In this document: positions 13,755 to 21,846 of the stretch, piece after piece
Layout: each line of letters opens with the position of its first letter
How positions within the stretch are numbered: the first letter of the stretch is position 1
Assembly (NCBI RefSeq): GCF_017876815.1
Contig: NZ_JAGIOS010000004.1
Span: 120,001-152,000 of the forward strand
Source of the DNA: Sinorhizobium meliloti
GTDB lineage: Bacteria; Pseudomonadota; Alphaproteobacteria; Rhizobiales; Rhizobiaceae
Direction of reading: 5' to 3'
DNA: 32,000 bases
Program-made: the position numbers and the translations under genes
The notes under the pieces: generated by a model
Seen by the model: only the letters and a program-made list of their open reading frames with translations
Databases searched by the model: none
What the model was told of the DNA's origin: nothing

Positions 13755-13947
13755 CATCGCTTCGATAGTTTTGATCATAACCCGATGACGGACCGTGCCA
13801 ATGTCTCATGCTGCACTGCAGCTATGCAAGAACTACAGGTCGGAAGGGCTGACGAACAGAACCGAAAGCGCGATCGATGCGCGGGGTACGCTGCGGGCCG
13901 GCGAGCGATGCTCTCCGGCATGACCTGTCTCGCCGCTCCGTCGGCGT

Positions 13948-14373
13948 TCAGGCCGCACGCTTCTTGCGAAAGTATCCAAGGCCTGCGCTTTTTGCCAGCT
14001 CTGATCGCTTGGCCGCATAGGCAGGCGCGACCATCGGATAGTCGTCCGGAAGGTCCCATTTCGTGCGGTATTGCTCCGGCGTCATCTGATATTTGGCCAT
14101 CAAGTGACGCTTTAGGGATTTGAATTTTTTGCCGTTCTCGAGGCAGATCAGATAACCGTCCTGGATCGACTTTCGCACCGGCACCGGCGGCTTGGGCTTT
14201 TCGACAGGCTCCGGCACCACCTTGTCGCTGCCGACCGCGCTCAGGGCGGCATGTACGTCCGTGATGATCTTCGTTACCTCAACACCGCGGATGACATGCT
14301 TCTTGACATAGGCCGAGACGATTTCGGCCGTCAGAGTGACGAGAAGACCGTTTTGCGGTGGAAGCAGGGACAT
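13948..14373 (-). CDS. Ros/MucR-family transcriptional regulator (variant zinc-finger site)
   Basis: 141-aa ORF. VRKSIQDGYLICLENGKKFKSLKRHLMAKYQMTPEQYRTKWDLPDDYPMVAPAYAAKRSELAKSAGLG aligns along its length with Agrobacterium Ros. Confidence 0.92.
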   Translation of the reverse strand: MSLLPPQNGLLVTLTAEIVSAYVKKHVIRGVEVTKIITDVHAALSAVGSDKVVPEPVEKPKPPVPVRKSIQDGYLICLENGKKFKSLKRHLMAKYQMTPEQYRTKWDLPDDYPMVAPAYAAKRSELAKSAGLGYFRKKRAA

Positions 14374-14473
14374 GCAGCTCTCTCCAGGATATTGATCGAA
14401 TCCTTCCTAGCCGATGAGAGCACCTTTTGAAAGGCAAGGCCGACGCTGCAAAGCTATTCATCGATCAATGCAC

Positions 14474-14755
14474 TTACCAGGGAAAGGAGACGTGCCTGAT
14501 GCGCGTTGGAAGCTGCAAAATGTCCGTAATGAGCTGGCGACCTTCGGCCGTCGAATTGTAGGTGATGCGTTCGTCAATGCTTACCTCTGGCATGCCTGCC
14601 GGGATGTGGGTTATCTTGACGCGAGACGCTGGATAGCTGCCTGTAACGTCGAAGAGAACGGCATCAGGATGTACCGCCCTCTTGGTTGTTGGCAATTCGA
14701 CTTCATCAAAATGGGACTCGCCATCCGGGGAAGCATAGATGCGAAGGTACTTCAT
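14474..14755 (-). CDS. hypothetical protein (possibly short or diverged cupin-like)
   Basis: 93-aa ORF starting MKYLRIYASPDGESHFDEVELP, an N-terminus resembling small cupin-fold proteins. It lies 100 bp upstream of and co-directional with the MucR-like gene. No motif-level confirmation. Confidence 0.45.
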   Translation of the reverse strand: MKYLRIYASPDGESHFDEVELPTTKRAVHPDAVLFDVTGSYPASRVKITHIPAGMPEVSIDERITYNSTAEGRQLITDILQLPTRIRHVSFPW

Positions 14756-15167
14756 GCGGCTGACTCTAACGCGTTAGCTCTACTGAGCGAGGGATGCCTA
14801 CCACAAAGAACCCATCCCAACACCACAGGTCTGGCGCGAGAGTCCGGAGGGCGAAAGCTGTCGTGTTGAGATGATCGCCTTGAAGGGAAACGAACCAGCG
14901 ACACACAGTGCTGTTGCGAACTTTGTAATCAGCCCCACGGCCAGCGCTGTCGGAGCCTCTGCCGTAGGGCCTAGTTCATGAGCCGGCGAACGCGCTCTCC
15001 GCGTCCTCCGACAATAGGTCGATGATCACCGTGACCGTGTCATCAGTCCTACAGAAACTTGACGTGTGGTTGGATAGACTGCAGGTCCCGCCCCATAGAC
15101 AACTTTGCGCCCTTCTGCCGCAGTACAACCTATGCGGGGAGGATGACGCGGTCCTCTATCTCGCTCA

Positions 15168-15476
15168 TTGGCTTCGCTATCCGTGCAAAGTGGGAAAGGC
15201 TTCGTGACCGACGAAACCCAAAAGTACAATTGGCGCGAGACGTGGCCGGGAGAGACCGGCCTCGACGGGAAACCACATCAAGACTATTGCGGATGGGACG
15301 GGGAAACGCTGTTCGGAAGAATACTCTTAGAGCCGGACGGATCCTCGAAAGGTCAATGGCGTCATGCCACGTGGGTCAAGACGGTGGTGCACCCTCAGGG
15401 TGGATGGGCGAAGACAGCCCGAGAAGCCTCGCACATTGTCGAAGAGCATTATCAACAGCTAAAAGCGGCCAACTGA
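15168..15476 (+). CDS. hypothetical protein
   Basis: 102-aa ORF. An alternative GTG start at 15204 is preceded by GGAAAGG. No recognisable family. It ends 35 bp before the IS701 end. Confidence 0.4.
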   Translation: MASLSVQSGKGFVTDETQKYNWRETWPGETGLDGKPHQDYCGWDGETLFGRILLEPDGSSKGQWRHATWVKTVVHPQGGWAKTAREASHIVEEHYQQLKAAN

Positions 15477-15510
15477 ACTGAGCAGGCGGCCCGCGGCTCC
15501 TTCTGTCTTG

Positions 15511-16936
15511 GCCTAGCACTACAGTTGCATTTTAGTTTTGAGGTGAGCTCGTCGAGCGGCCGCCTGATGGGCGCGCCTCCAGCATGACCATGCGATGACG
15601 TAGGCGGGGCTTATGCGACGCTGAGCGAGTCTTATGGCGATGCGTCGGACTTCCTGGATAGACCAGCGGATTAAATCCTGATGGTCGGCATCCGCAGTCT
15701 TTTTTGGCGCGTCGCGTCATTGGCGCGGTATCGGATCACCGCCATCATGGCGAAGGCGAGCATGACGAGGGAGACGTGGCGATGCCAGCCATGCCATGAC
15801 CGGGTTTCGTTGTGATCGAGTCCGAGCTCGTTCTTGGCGGTCTCGAAGCTGTCTTCGATCGCCCAGCGATGGCCTTCAACGGAAACGAGCGTCTGGATGT
15901 CCGTCCCGGCCGGGCACCATGTGGTGAAGAATGCGAGATCACCGTCGCTGATATTGCGCCGGATCAGGAGGCCACGGGTCCAAAGCCCAGATTTCGTCTC
16001 GTTGTATTCGTCGGCATCGAGGTCGGCGAGTTCGCAATAGGCCCAGTCATGAAGCCGAGCGCCTTTGGTGCCCTCACCGGCGGAAAGACGCTGCCATGCA
16101 CTTGGATCGAGATCACGGGCGATCTCCTGCGCTGTGCCGGCGACCGGAGGCTTTCCCGACCACGAGCCGAAATGGTGGTCCGATTTAACCCCAAGAACGT
16201 AGCCTTTGCAGGCTCGGCGCAGGGTTCCTTCGATGTCCCCGACGCCATAGACCGCATCTGCGGCCACCCATGAAAACGGCACATTGGCTGCCAGCGCACG
16301 CCGTATCATCTCGACAGCCAGGCCTGGCTTGGTAGCGAAGGCTGTAGCCTGAGGAACATGAGCTGCTGCAAGCCTTGCCGGATCGCCAGTCCAGCTCTTG
16401 GGCAAGTACAGGGCTCGATCGATAAAGGCATGGCCGCGATCGGACACATAGGCGGCGAACACACCGATCTGGCAGTTCGTTATCTTGCCAGCCAAACCTG
16501 TATATTGACGTGCAACACCGCACGATGTCTTGCCCTGCTTGAGGAAGCCCGTCTCATCGATGACCAGGACCGCATCATCCGTGGCGAGGTTTTCTACGAC
16601 ATACTCTCGCACGATGTCGCGAAGTGCGTCCGCGTCCCAGCGCCCGCGCCCCAGAATGGCTTGTTGCCGCCACGGGCCGGGATCACCGGCCGCCTCAGCA
16701 CGCATCCAACCTGTCTTACGCCGCTCGTCACCCAGCAAGCCGTCCAGGAAAAGGTTCGCAGAGGCTGCAACTCGCTCCTGCGTAAACAGTCCGCGCATGC
16801 GAGCCTTCACGTCGCGCAACGATGATGCCCAAAGCTCAAGCGTCGTCTCGATTGATGCACCTGCCATCCATGACCTCCGAATCATGGAGACCCATAGATT
16901 CAGATCATAGATAAATATGCAACTGTAGTGCTAGGC
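15511..16936 (-). mobile_element. IS701-family insertion sequence
   Basis: Perfect 20-bp terminal inverted repeats GCCTAGCACTACAGTTGCAT (15511-15530) and ATGCAACTGTAGTGCTAGGC (16917-16936) around one transposase gene. No clear target duplication (CTTG versus AACA). Confidence 0.88.
15671..16885 (-). CDS. IS701-family DDE transposase
   Basis: 404-aa ORF containing LVIDETGFLKQGKTSCGVARQYTGLAGKITNCQIGVFAAY...WVAADAVYG...RWAIEDSFETAKNELGLDHNETRSWHGWHRHVSLVMLAFAMM. Confidence 0.92.
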   Translation of the reverse strand: MIRRSWMAGASIETTLELWASSLRDVKARMRGLFTQERVAASANLFLDGLLGDERRKTGWMRAEAAGDPGPWRQQAILGRGRWDADALRDIVREYVVENLATDDAVLVIDETGFLKQGKTSCGVARQYTGLAGKITNCQIGVFAAYVSDRGHAFIDRALYLPKSWTGDPARLAAAHVPQATAFATKPGLAVEMIRRALAANVPFSWVAADAVYGVGDIEGTLRRACKGYVLGVKSDHHFGSWSGKPPVAGTAQEIARDLDPSAWQRLSAGEGTKGARLHDWAYCELADLDADEYNETKSGLWTRGLLIRRNISDGDLAFFTTWCPAGTDIQTLVSVEGHRWAIEDSFETAKNELGLDHNETRSWHGWHRHVSLVMLAFAMMAVIRYRANDATRQKRLRMPTIRI

Positions 16937-17054
16937 AACAAAAAGCCCTCGCTGCTTTAAACAAGGGGCCGGCGGACGTATTGGTTGAGTAGACTAGTGC
17001 ATTTGACTCCTGTCAGCGCATCTATCCTCATACACGCGTCACCACCATGCAGAC

Positions 17055-17088
17055 AAAAAACCGACCGCGGTATGCGCGGGCGGTTTTC
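17055..17088 (-). terminator. Rho-independent terminator downstream of the phasin gene
   Basis: Hairpin: CCGCG/CGCGG (17065-17069 with 17075-17079) extended by 7 more pairs with one mismatch, flanked by an A-run and T-run (AAAAAACCGACCGCGGTATGCGCGGGCGGTTTT). Confidence 0.6.
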
Positions 17089-17113
17089 AGAATTTGAATT
17101 GTGTCCAGAAACC

Positions 17114-17467
17114 TTACGCTGCGCTAGCGGACCTGACGGCGGATGTTGCCTTGGCGACTGGCGCTTCGTACGGCTTGTAGGCGTCCTTGACGAGATCGGC
17201 ATATAGTTCGCCGATCTTCGTGGCTTCGGTGATATAGCCTTCATAAGCCGACTTCACGTATTTGGTCTGCAGGTCGAACGCAGCTTCGACGCTCCTGACG
17301 CTGCTGATTTTCTCGACGTGGGCAACGCTGTCTTCAAACGCCTTTTTCGAATAGTCGGTGGTTTCGGTGGCGATCGCTTGAAAAGCCTTCGTCAACGCAG
17401 CGTAGCTCTTCAACATCGTATCCAATGTTTCTTTGCTTTTCTTGTTTGCGTCCTCGAAACTGAACAT
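17114..17467 (-). CDS. phaP: phasin (PHA granule-associated protein)
   Basis: MFSFEDANKKSKETLDTMLKSYAALTKAFQAIATETTDYSKKAFEDSVAHVEKISSVRSVEAAFDLQTKYVKSAYEGYI is typical of alphaproteobacterial phasins. GAGGAG Shine-Dalgarno upstream of the ATG at 17467. The longer ORF-track start at 17551 is unlikely. Confidence 0.88.
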   Translation of the reverse strand: MFSFEDANKKSKETLDTMLKSYAALTKAFQAIATETTDYSKKAFEDSVAHVEKISSVRSVEAAFDLQTKYVKSAYEGYITEATKIGELYADLVKDAYKPYEAPVAKATSAVRSASAA

Positions 17468-17511
17468 CAGGCTACTCCTCTTTTGTCGCCTTACAACGAC
17501 GGCCACCCTAT

Positions 17512-17522
17512 GTGCATCGCAC
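17512..17522. promoter_or_regulatory. possible PhaR-type operator (TGC-N3-GCA palindrome) upstream of the phasin gene
   Basis: GTGCATCGCAC lies about 45-55 nt upstream of the phasin start. It resembles the TGC-N3-GCA cores reported for PhaR sites in alphaproteobacterial phaP promoters. Confidence 0.3.
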
Positions 17523-17742
17523 AATAGAGTCAATGTATAGGTGCCATTCAATAAAGCCCCATTATTGCAACAGCTTGATGAAATTCACCGCGATGAAGCG
17601 TCATTCGCCGAAAAATCAATTAAATGTGAGCGCGACGAACATCCCACCTTTCCTTTTGTGATTGAGGCCGCGAGATAAGCTCCTTTATTGACAGGAGCGG
17701 AACGGAATGGTTGGAGATCGCGCTGATGCCATGCTTGAAGTC

Positions 17743-18152
17743 ATGGATGAAGAAGGTATCGTCGGATCGAGGTTATCACCGGTCGGCGCCAACGGCGGAA
17801 TTGGACTGACGAGGAGAAGGCGCGGATCCTTGCGGAAAGCGCAGAGCCCCATGTGAACATCTCGGCGATTGCCCGGCGCTGGGGCGTCAACCGCGGTCTG
17901 CTGAACGTCTGGCGTCGCGAAGCCGGACTGATCTCTCAACGATCCGCGAAAGCCTGCGCGCAGGAGGCGATGTTCGTGCCGGTGACGGTGGTTGGCGATA
18001 GAACGTCTTCCGAGAGCTCGCCGTCGGATGTGGCCCACTACGCGGCGGGTCGCATTGAGATCGAGATTACTGGCGCGCGCATGACCGTGATCGGCTCGGT
18101 GGCGCCCGAATTGGCGCAGGCGATCGTGGCGGCGTTGCGAGCACGCCGGTGA
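17743..18152 (+). pseudogene. IS66 tnpA (orf1), frameshifted near the 5' end
   Basis: The ATG at 17743 (MDEEGIVG) is out of frame with IEVITGRRQRRNWTDEEKARILAESAEPHVNISAIARRWGVNRGLLNVWRR. An in-frame stop at 17748-17750 precedes the conserved part. Confidence 0.75.
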
Positions 18153-18476
18153 TCGGACTTTCGCCGAATGGCGTGAAGATCATAGTGGCGACGCAGCCTG
18201 TCGACTTCCGGCGCGGCATGAATGGCCTTGTTGCGCTGGTGGCGTCAGCGCTTTCGGCTGATCCCTACTGTGGTGACGTGTTTGTGTTCCGCGCCAAGCG
18301 GTGCGATCGCCTGCGCTGCATTTATTGGGACGGGTCGGGCATGATCCTACGTTAGGCCGCCGATCCGCGAGGGCTCAATGCAGATGAGTGCCCAGGAGTT
18401 CTCGCTTTTGCTGGCCGGAATTGACTGGACGCGGGTCAAACGAAACGCGGTGAGAAGGCCTTCAAAAGCGGGCTGA
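18149..18476 (+). pseudogene. IS66 tnpB (orf2) with internal deletion or frameshift
   Basis: VKIIVATQPVDFRRGMNGLVALVASALSADPYCGDVFVFRAKRCDRLRCIYWDGSGMIL, then a stop at 18353-18355. The conserved tail PPIREGSMQMSAQEFSLLLAGIDWTRV continues in another frame. Confidence 0.75.
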
Positions 18477-18524
18477 TCCTATTGGATTTGTTTGCAGATT
18501 CACGCTCATGTGCTAGGGTCTGTC

Positions 18525-19640
18525 ATGCCGTTTCGACCCACCCCCTTGCCTCAGGATGCTGAGCAATTGACCCGGATCATTCTCTCGCTCGACGAAGAGA
18601 ATGCCGATCTCAAAGCGCGCGTCGCCTTCCTCGAGGGCCAGCTCTTTGGGCCGAAGTCGGAGAAAATGACGGCGATCGACCCGACGCAGGCGACGCTCGA
18701 CCTTGGCGATCTCAGCGACATTCCCGCAGCTGCCAATGACGATGTTGCGCCCGTCACCGAGGGGACAACACCGGCTCGACGATCGCCAGCCCGCAATATC
18801 GGCCGTTTGCCCAAGCAATCCCTCCGGCCTACTCACCCGCCGCTTCCGCGGCTCGATCCGGGGCGCAAACGCACCAAGCTCTGCCAGTTATGGGCACAGG
18901 CCATCGATGATCGCCCATGGAATGGTCCGGCGCCACCGGCGGTCGCCTATATCTGTGCCGAAAGCCGCAGCGCCCGTGAGGTCGAGGGGCAACTATCGTC
19001 GTTTGGCGGCGTGCTTCAAGTCGATGGCTACCAAGCCTATAAGACCTTGGCCAAGCGCCGGGGGAAGAGCAATGTCGCCCCCATGCGGCTGGCGTTCTGC
19101 CTTGCCCATGCGCGGCGCAAGTTCGTCGATGTCGTCAAGCTGACCGGCTCCTCGGAGGCGCTGTCGATCCTTGCCAGGATTGCCGAGATCTATCGCATCG
19201 AAGCGAAGATCCGAGGCGAAAGTGTGCCCGTCCGGATCGATGACGCGTCACGGAGATTCTCCCTCTGCTGGGTCATGGTGCAGGCGGCGGTCCTGGCGAG
19301 TGCTTGATGCAACGGCTCGGCATCCGGGCCAAGAATGGGCAAATAGGTCTGATCAATGAGAGACGCCTGCGACGTGATGGCCGCGTGTCGTCGTGACAGT
19401 CGACACGCTATGTCGATGCGCGCGCGAACAATCTGCGGCCGTCGGCAAATGCAGCACGGCTTGGACGCTCGTCGGAGCCTTGCAGCGAAAAGGTCGAAAG
19501 GCGTCTGTCGTCTCGACCATGTTCACGCAGCCGCCGATGATCTCTGACAACTTTCGACGGCAGGCGGATTGCTTCATCGATCTGATCACCTTGCGGAGTG
19601 AGCTTGACCGCCACCCGATGAACATCTGCCGCGTACGGCC
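18525..19640 (+). pseudogene. IS66 tnpC transposase relic (internal deletion, multiple frameshifts)
   Basis: N-terminal LKARVAFLEGQLFGPKSEK...RRSPARNIGRLPK joins directly to the C-proximal DDRPWNGPAPPAVAYICAE...VLQVDGYQAYKTL...LAFCLAHARRKF...RIAEIYRIEAKIRG, so the catalytic middle is missing. Weaker C-terminal similarity (RDGRV.., LGR.., DRHP) is spread over three frames to about 19640. Confidence 0.7.
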
Positions 19641-20741
19641 GCGCCGCTATCCGATAAAGCCGAGGTCGATGCCGGCGTTTAGGCGCCGGAAGCATAGTGA
19701 GAATAGTTTGCTAGCGCCTTCCGGTCCTGAGTTCCGCCGCGCTCGTTCGAGGATGCTTGGGCCAAGCTGATCAACAACGCACGAGATGTTGACCGAGTCT
19801 CGAGTATTCGCGACTTGCAATGGCTATTTTCGTCTGCAAAGCTTATCGCACTGCCGAATTTACCCAGGCGCCGCGCGGAGTTTCCGGGTTTGCGCTCCAG
19901 ACCGGATCGCCACCCTCAAGGTGATTGCTGGGGAGCCGACATGTCAGCTCGTCGTGACCTGAAGCCTTCTGCGGCTCTATGCGTTCATAGACTTGGCCAA
20001 AACCGAGCCGCCTGGACCGTGTAAGTAGCGTCGCCTCGGTCTTCTGTTCCGTTGCTGCTCAGAACTCAGTAGATAGTCAGGGGTTCTATCTGTGATCCAC
20101 ATAGTATTGATGGTACTATTTACGGTTGGCATCCAAGTGGCGCTCTGGTAGTGTATTTAAATGCAAGGCTCGCCCGTGAGTTGACGTTACGGGCTCGCTC
20201 TTGTCGGCTAAGGAGATTGGCAAATGACTTCGGCTGCTTTGAAATTCGTATCCGTAACAAAACTTCCTTAGCGACAATGATCTTGGGGAGCTGCTGGATA
20301 GACCGCGGGTCTCCCTCAAGCTGCCGGGCCAATCCGCTCTTTGGCAGAATGAACAAACTGCCCAAGCACGCGGGAAACCTGACTTCTTCACCTAGAATCC
20401 TTCTGGCCAGAACAAAAGTGGCGTGCAGAACTCGACCCTTTGTGCGCAACTGCGTCAGACCGGGATCGCTAGAACTCGCTCATGGACTGGTACAAGAACA
20501 TTAATGTCCTGGGTCAGATCGGCTGGAACCAACCGGCCTTTGCTTTCGATACCTAAACCTCTGGAGGTTCAACTCAACGAGGCGGTCTTAGGTATTCTCG
20601 CCGCGATTGCAACCAGAGACGAGATCGCCATGGTAGAAGCGCGCCTTTGAGATACTTGAAGAAGCACGAGTCGCCGCTCCTGCGAGCCCCTTCGGGCAAG
20701 GGAACGCGTGACCAACGATGTTAGAACAGGAGGAGCGTGAC

Positions 20742-21035
20742 ATGACCCACGCAGATCAAGCTTTTGCGCCTGTCGAGGCAAATACAGTGGAACTGAGCGA
20801 GTCAACCTCTGCCGATGCGGATTTTCGGGTCGAGAGGAAGGAGGCCCGGAACTGGCGAATCAGCCTGCTCTCCGAACGCGGGAGCCACTGGTTTGAGGCA
20901 AATTTCGCTCGCGGCGGCCAAGACGCTGGCGTTTTCGAGACAGACCTTGCCGGGGCGAATGCCTTCATCCGCAAGGCGCGTTTGGATGGATTCAGAACCG
21001 AGTACATCGGACCGCTCGCTCGGTCCCATTTTTAG
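20742..21035 (+). CDS. hypothetical protein (97 aa), no recognisable family
   Basis: ATG at 20742 preceded by AGGAGG at 20728-20733. Reads MTHADQAFAPVEANTVELSESTSADADFRVERKEARNWRISLLSERGSHWFEANFARGGQDAGVFETDLAGANAFIRKARLDGFRTEYIGPLARSHF. Confidence 0.5.
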   Translation: MTHADQAFAPVEANTVELSESTSADADFRVERKEARNWRISLLSERGSHWFEANFARGGQDAGVFETDLAGANAFIRKARLDGFRTEYIGPLARSHF

Positions 21036-21112
21036 TCAGTAACAGTTCTTGCGCCGCCCGGTTGTCGCGCCGACGTCTGACATTGGCTAGAGACGGGTCC
21101 GGCGGAGAAACA

Positions 21113-21470
21113 TATGGATCGAGTGAAGGTTAAAAGCGCTTTGGTAACCGGGCAGTTCTGGGGCTCGGCGACGCCTCAGCAAGCTGGCGTCTGAGGGCGC
21201 AAAAGTTGTCCAGACAAACATAAAGGACGAAGGTGAGCGGCCGTTTTTGCCCGAGGCGCGGGCGTACCAAGCGCCTTGTCCGGCGCACATAAGGGGAAGC
21301 AATCGTCGGCAATCGGTTGGTGAACGTTTGCCGTTCACAGTTCTGATGCGTGCCGCCAGCGGCTCGGCCGAAGCTTCACCGTGACGGGCTTGCCCTGTTC
21401 GGCAGATCTTGAATGCTTCCGTTGGACCAAACATGCTGATTTCGGGTCCGCCGTGCGCAATCAGGGCAGA
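21113..21470 (+). pseudogene. short-chain dehydrogenase/reductase (SDR) relic, frameshifted
   Basis: MDRVKVKSALVTG, then a frameshift to SSG..RRLSKLASEGAKVVQTNIKDEGE. This matches the SDR N-terminal K-x-ALVTG-x-SSGLG...LA-x-EGAKVV pattern. Downstream similarity is poor. Confidence 0.4.
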
Positions 21471-21481
21471 TGCCGAGCGCC

Positions 21482-21675
21482 TTAGGTGGCTTCGACTAGC
21501 CAGTCGGCGAACAGCCGCGCCTTTGCCGTTGCGCGCGAATGGATCCTCAGATGAAAACCGACGGGTGAGGGGATGCTTTCTTGCACGAGTTTCACCAGCC
21601 GCCTTTCCTCGATAAGGCTCCCGACGAGCCCGTCCCACCCAAGTACGGCCCCGACATCGTCTTGAGCCGCCTGAA
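21482..21675 (-). pseudogene. LysR-family (GcvA-like) regulator, 3' segment split off by IS21
   Basis: Reads (Q)AAQDDVGAVLGWDGLVGSLIEERRLVKLVQESIPSPVGFHLRIHSRATAKARLFADWLVEAT and a stop. It joins in frame to 24274 onward once the IS and one copy of GCCTGAA are removed. Confidence 0.8.
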
Positions 21676-21773
21676 TGCAAATTCCGAGGCAATCCGCCCC
21701 CTGATTCCGAAATGATCTCGCCCCCCAATTCCGAGAAATAGTCGCCCCCTGATTCCGAGATGATGCCGCCCCC
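21676..21773 (+). repeat. IS21 left-end tandem terminal repeats (4 units of about 23-26 bp)
   Basis: Units at 21676, 21702, 21727 and 21750, with consensus tGATTCCGAgaTGAt-CGCCCCC. Confidence 0.8.
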
Positions 21774-21846
21774 ATCGGAAAGCATCTGGCGTGGGTGTTC
21801 TGCTGGTGTGAAGTTTCTTCCTTCGACGTGACGAGGAAGGAACGGG

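Larger units (their letters stand above)
17674..19847 (+). mobile_element. degenerate IS66-family element (all three genes disrupted); ends tentative
   Basis: tnpA, tnpB and tnpC homologues lie in the canonical order. GATAAGCTCC at 17674 and AGCTTATC ending at 19847 are a weak candidate terminal inverted repeat. No 8-bp target duplication. Confidence 0.6.

Noticed and set aside
13680-14123. 147-aa ORF starting at the GTG that follows the first GGGAGGAGG motif
   Set aside because: Its 3' two-thirds is antisense to the well-supported MucR-like gene, its composition is poor, and the 37-bp motif period is incompatible with a coding repeat.
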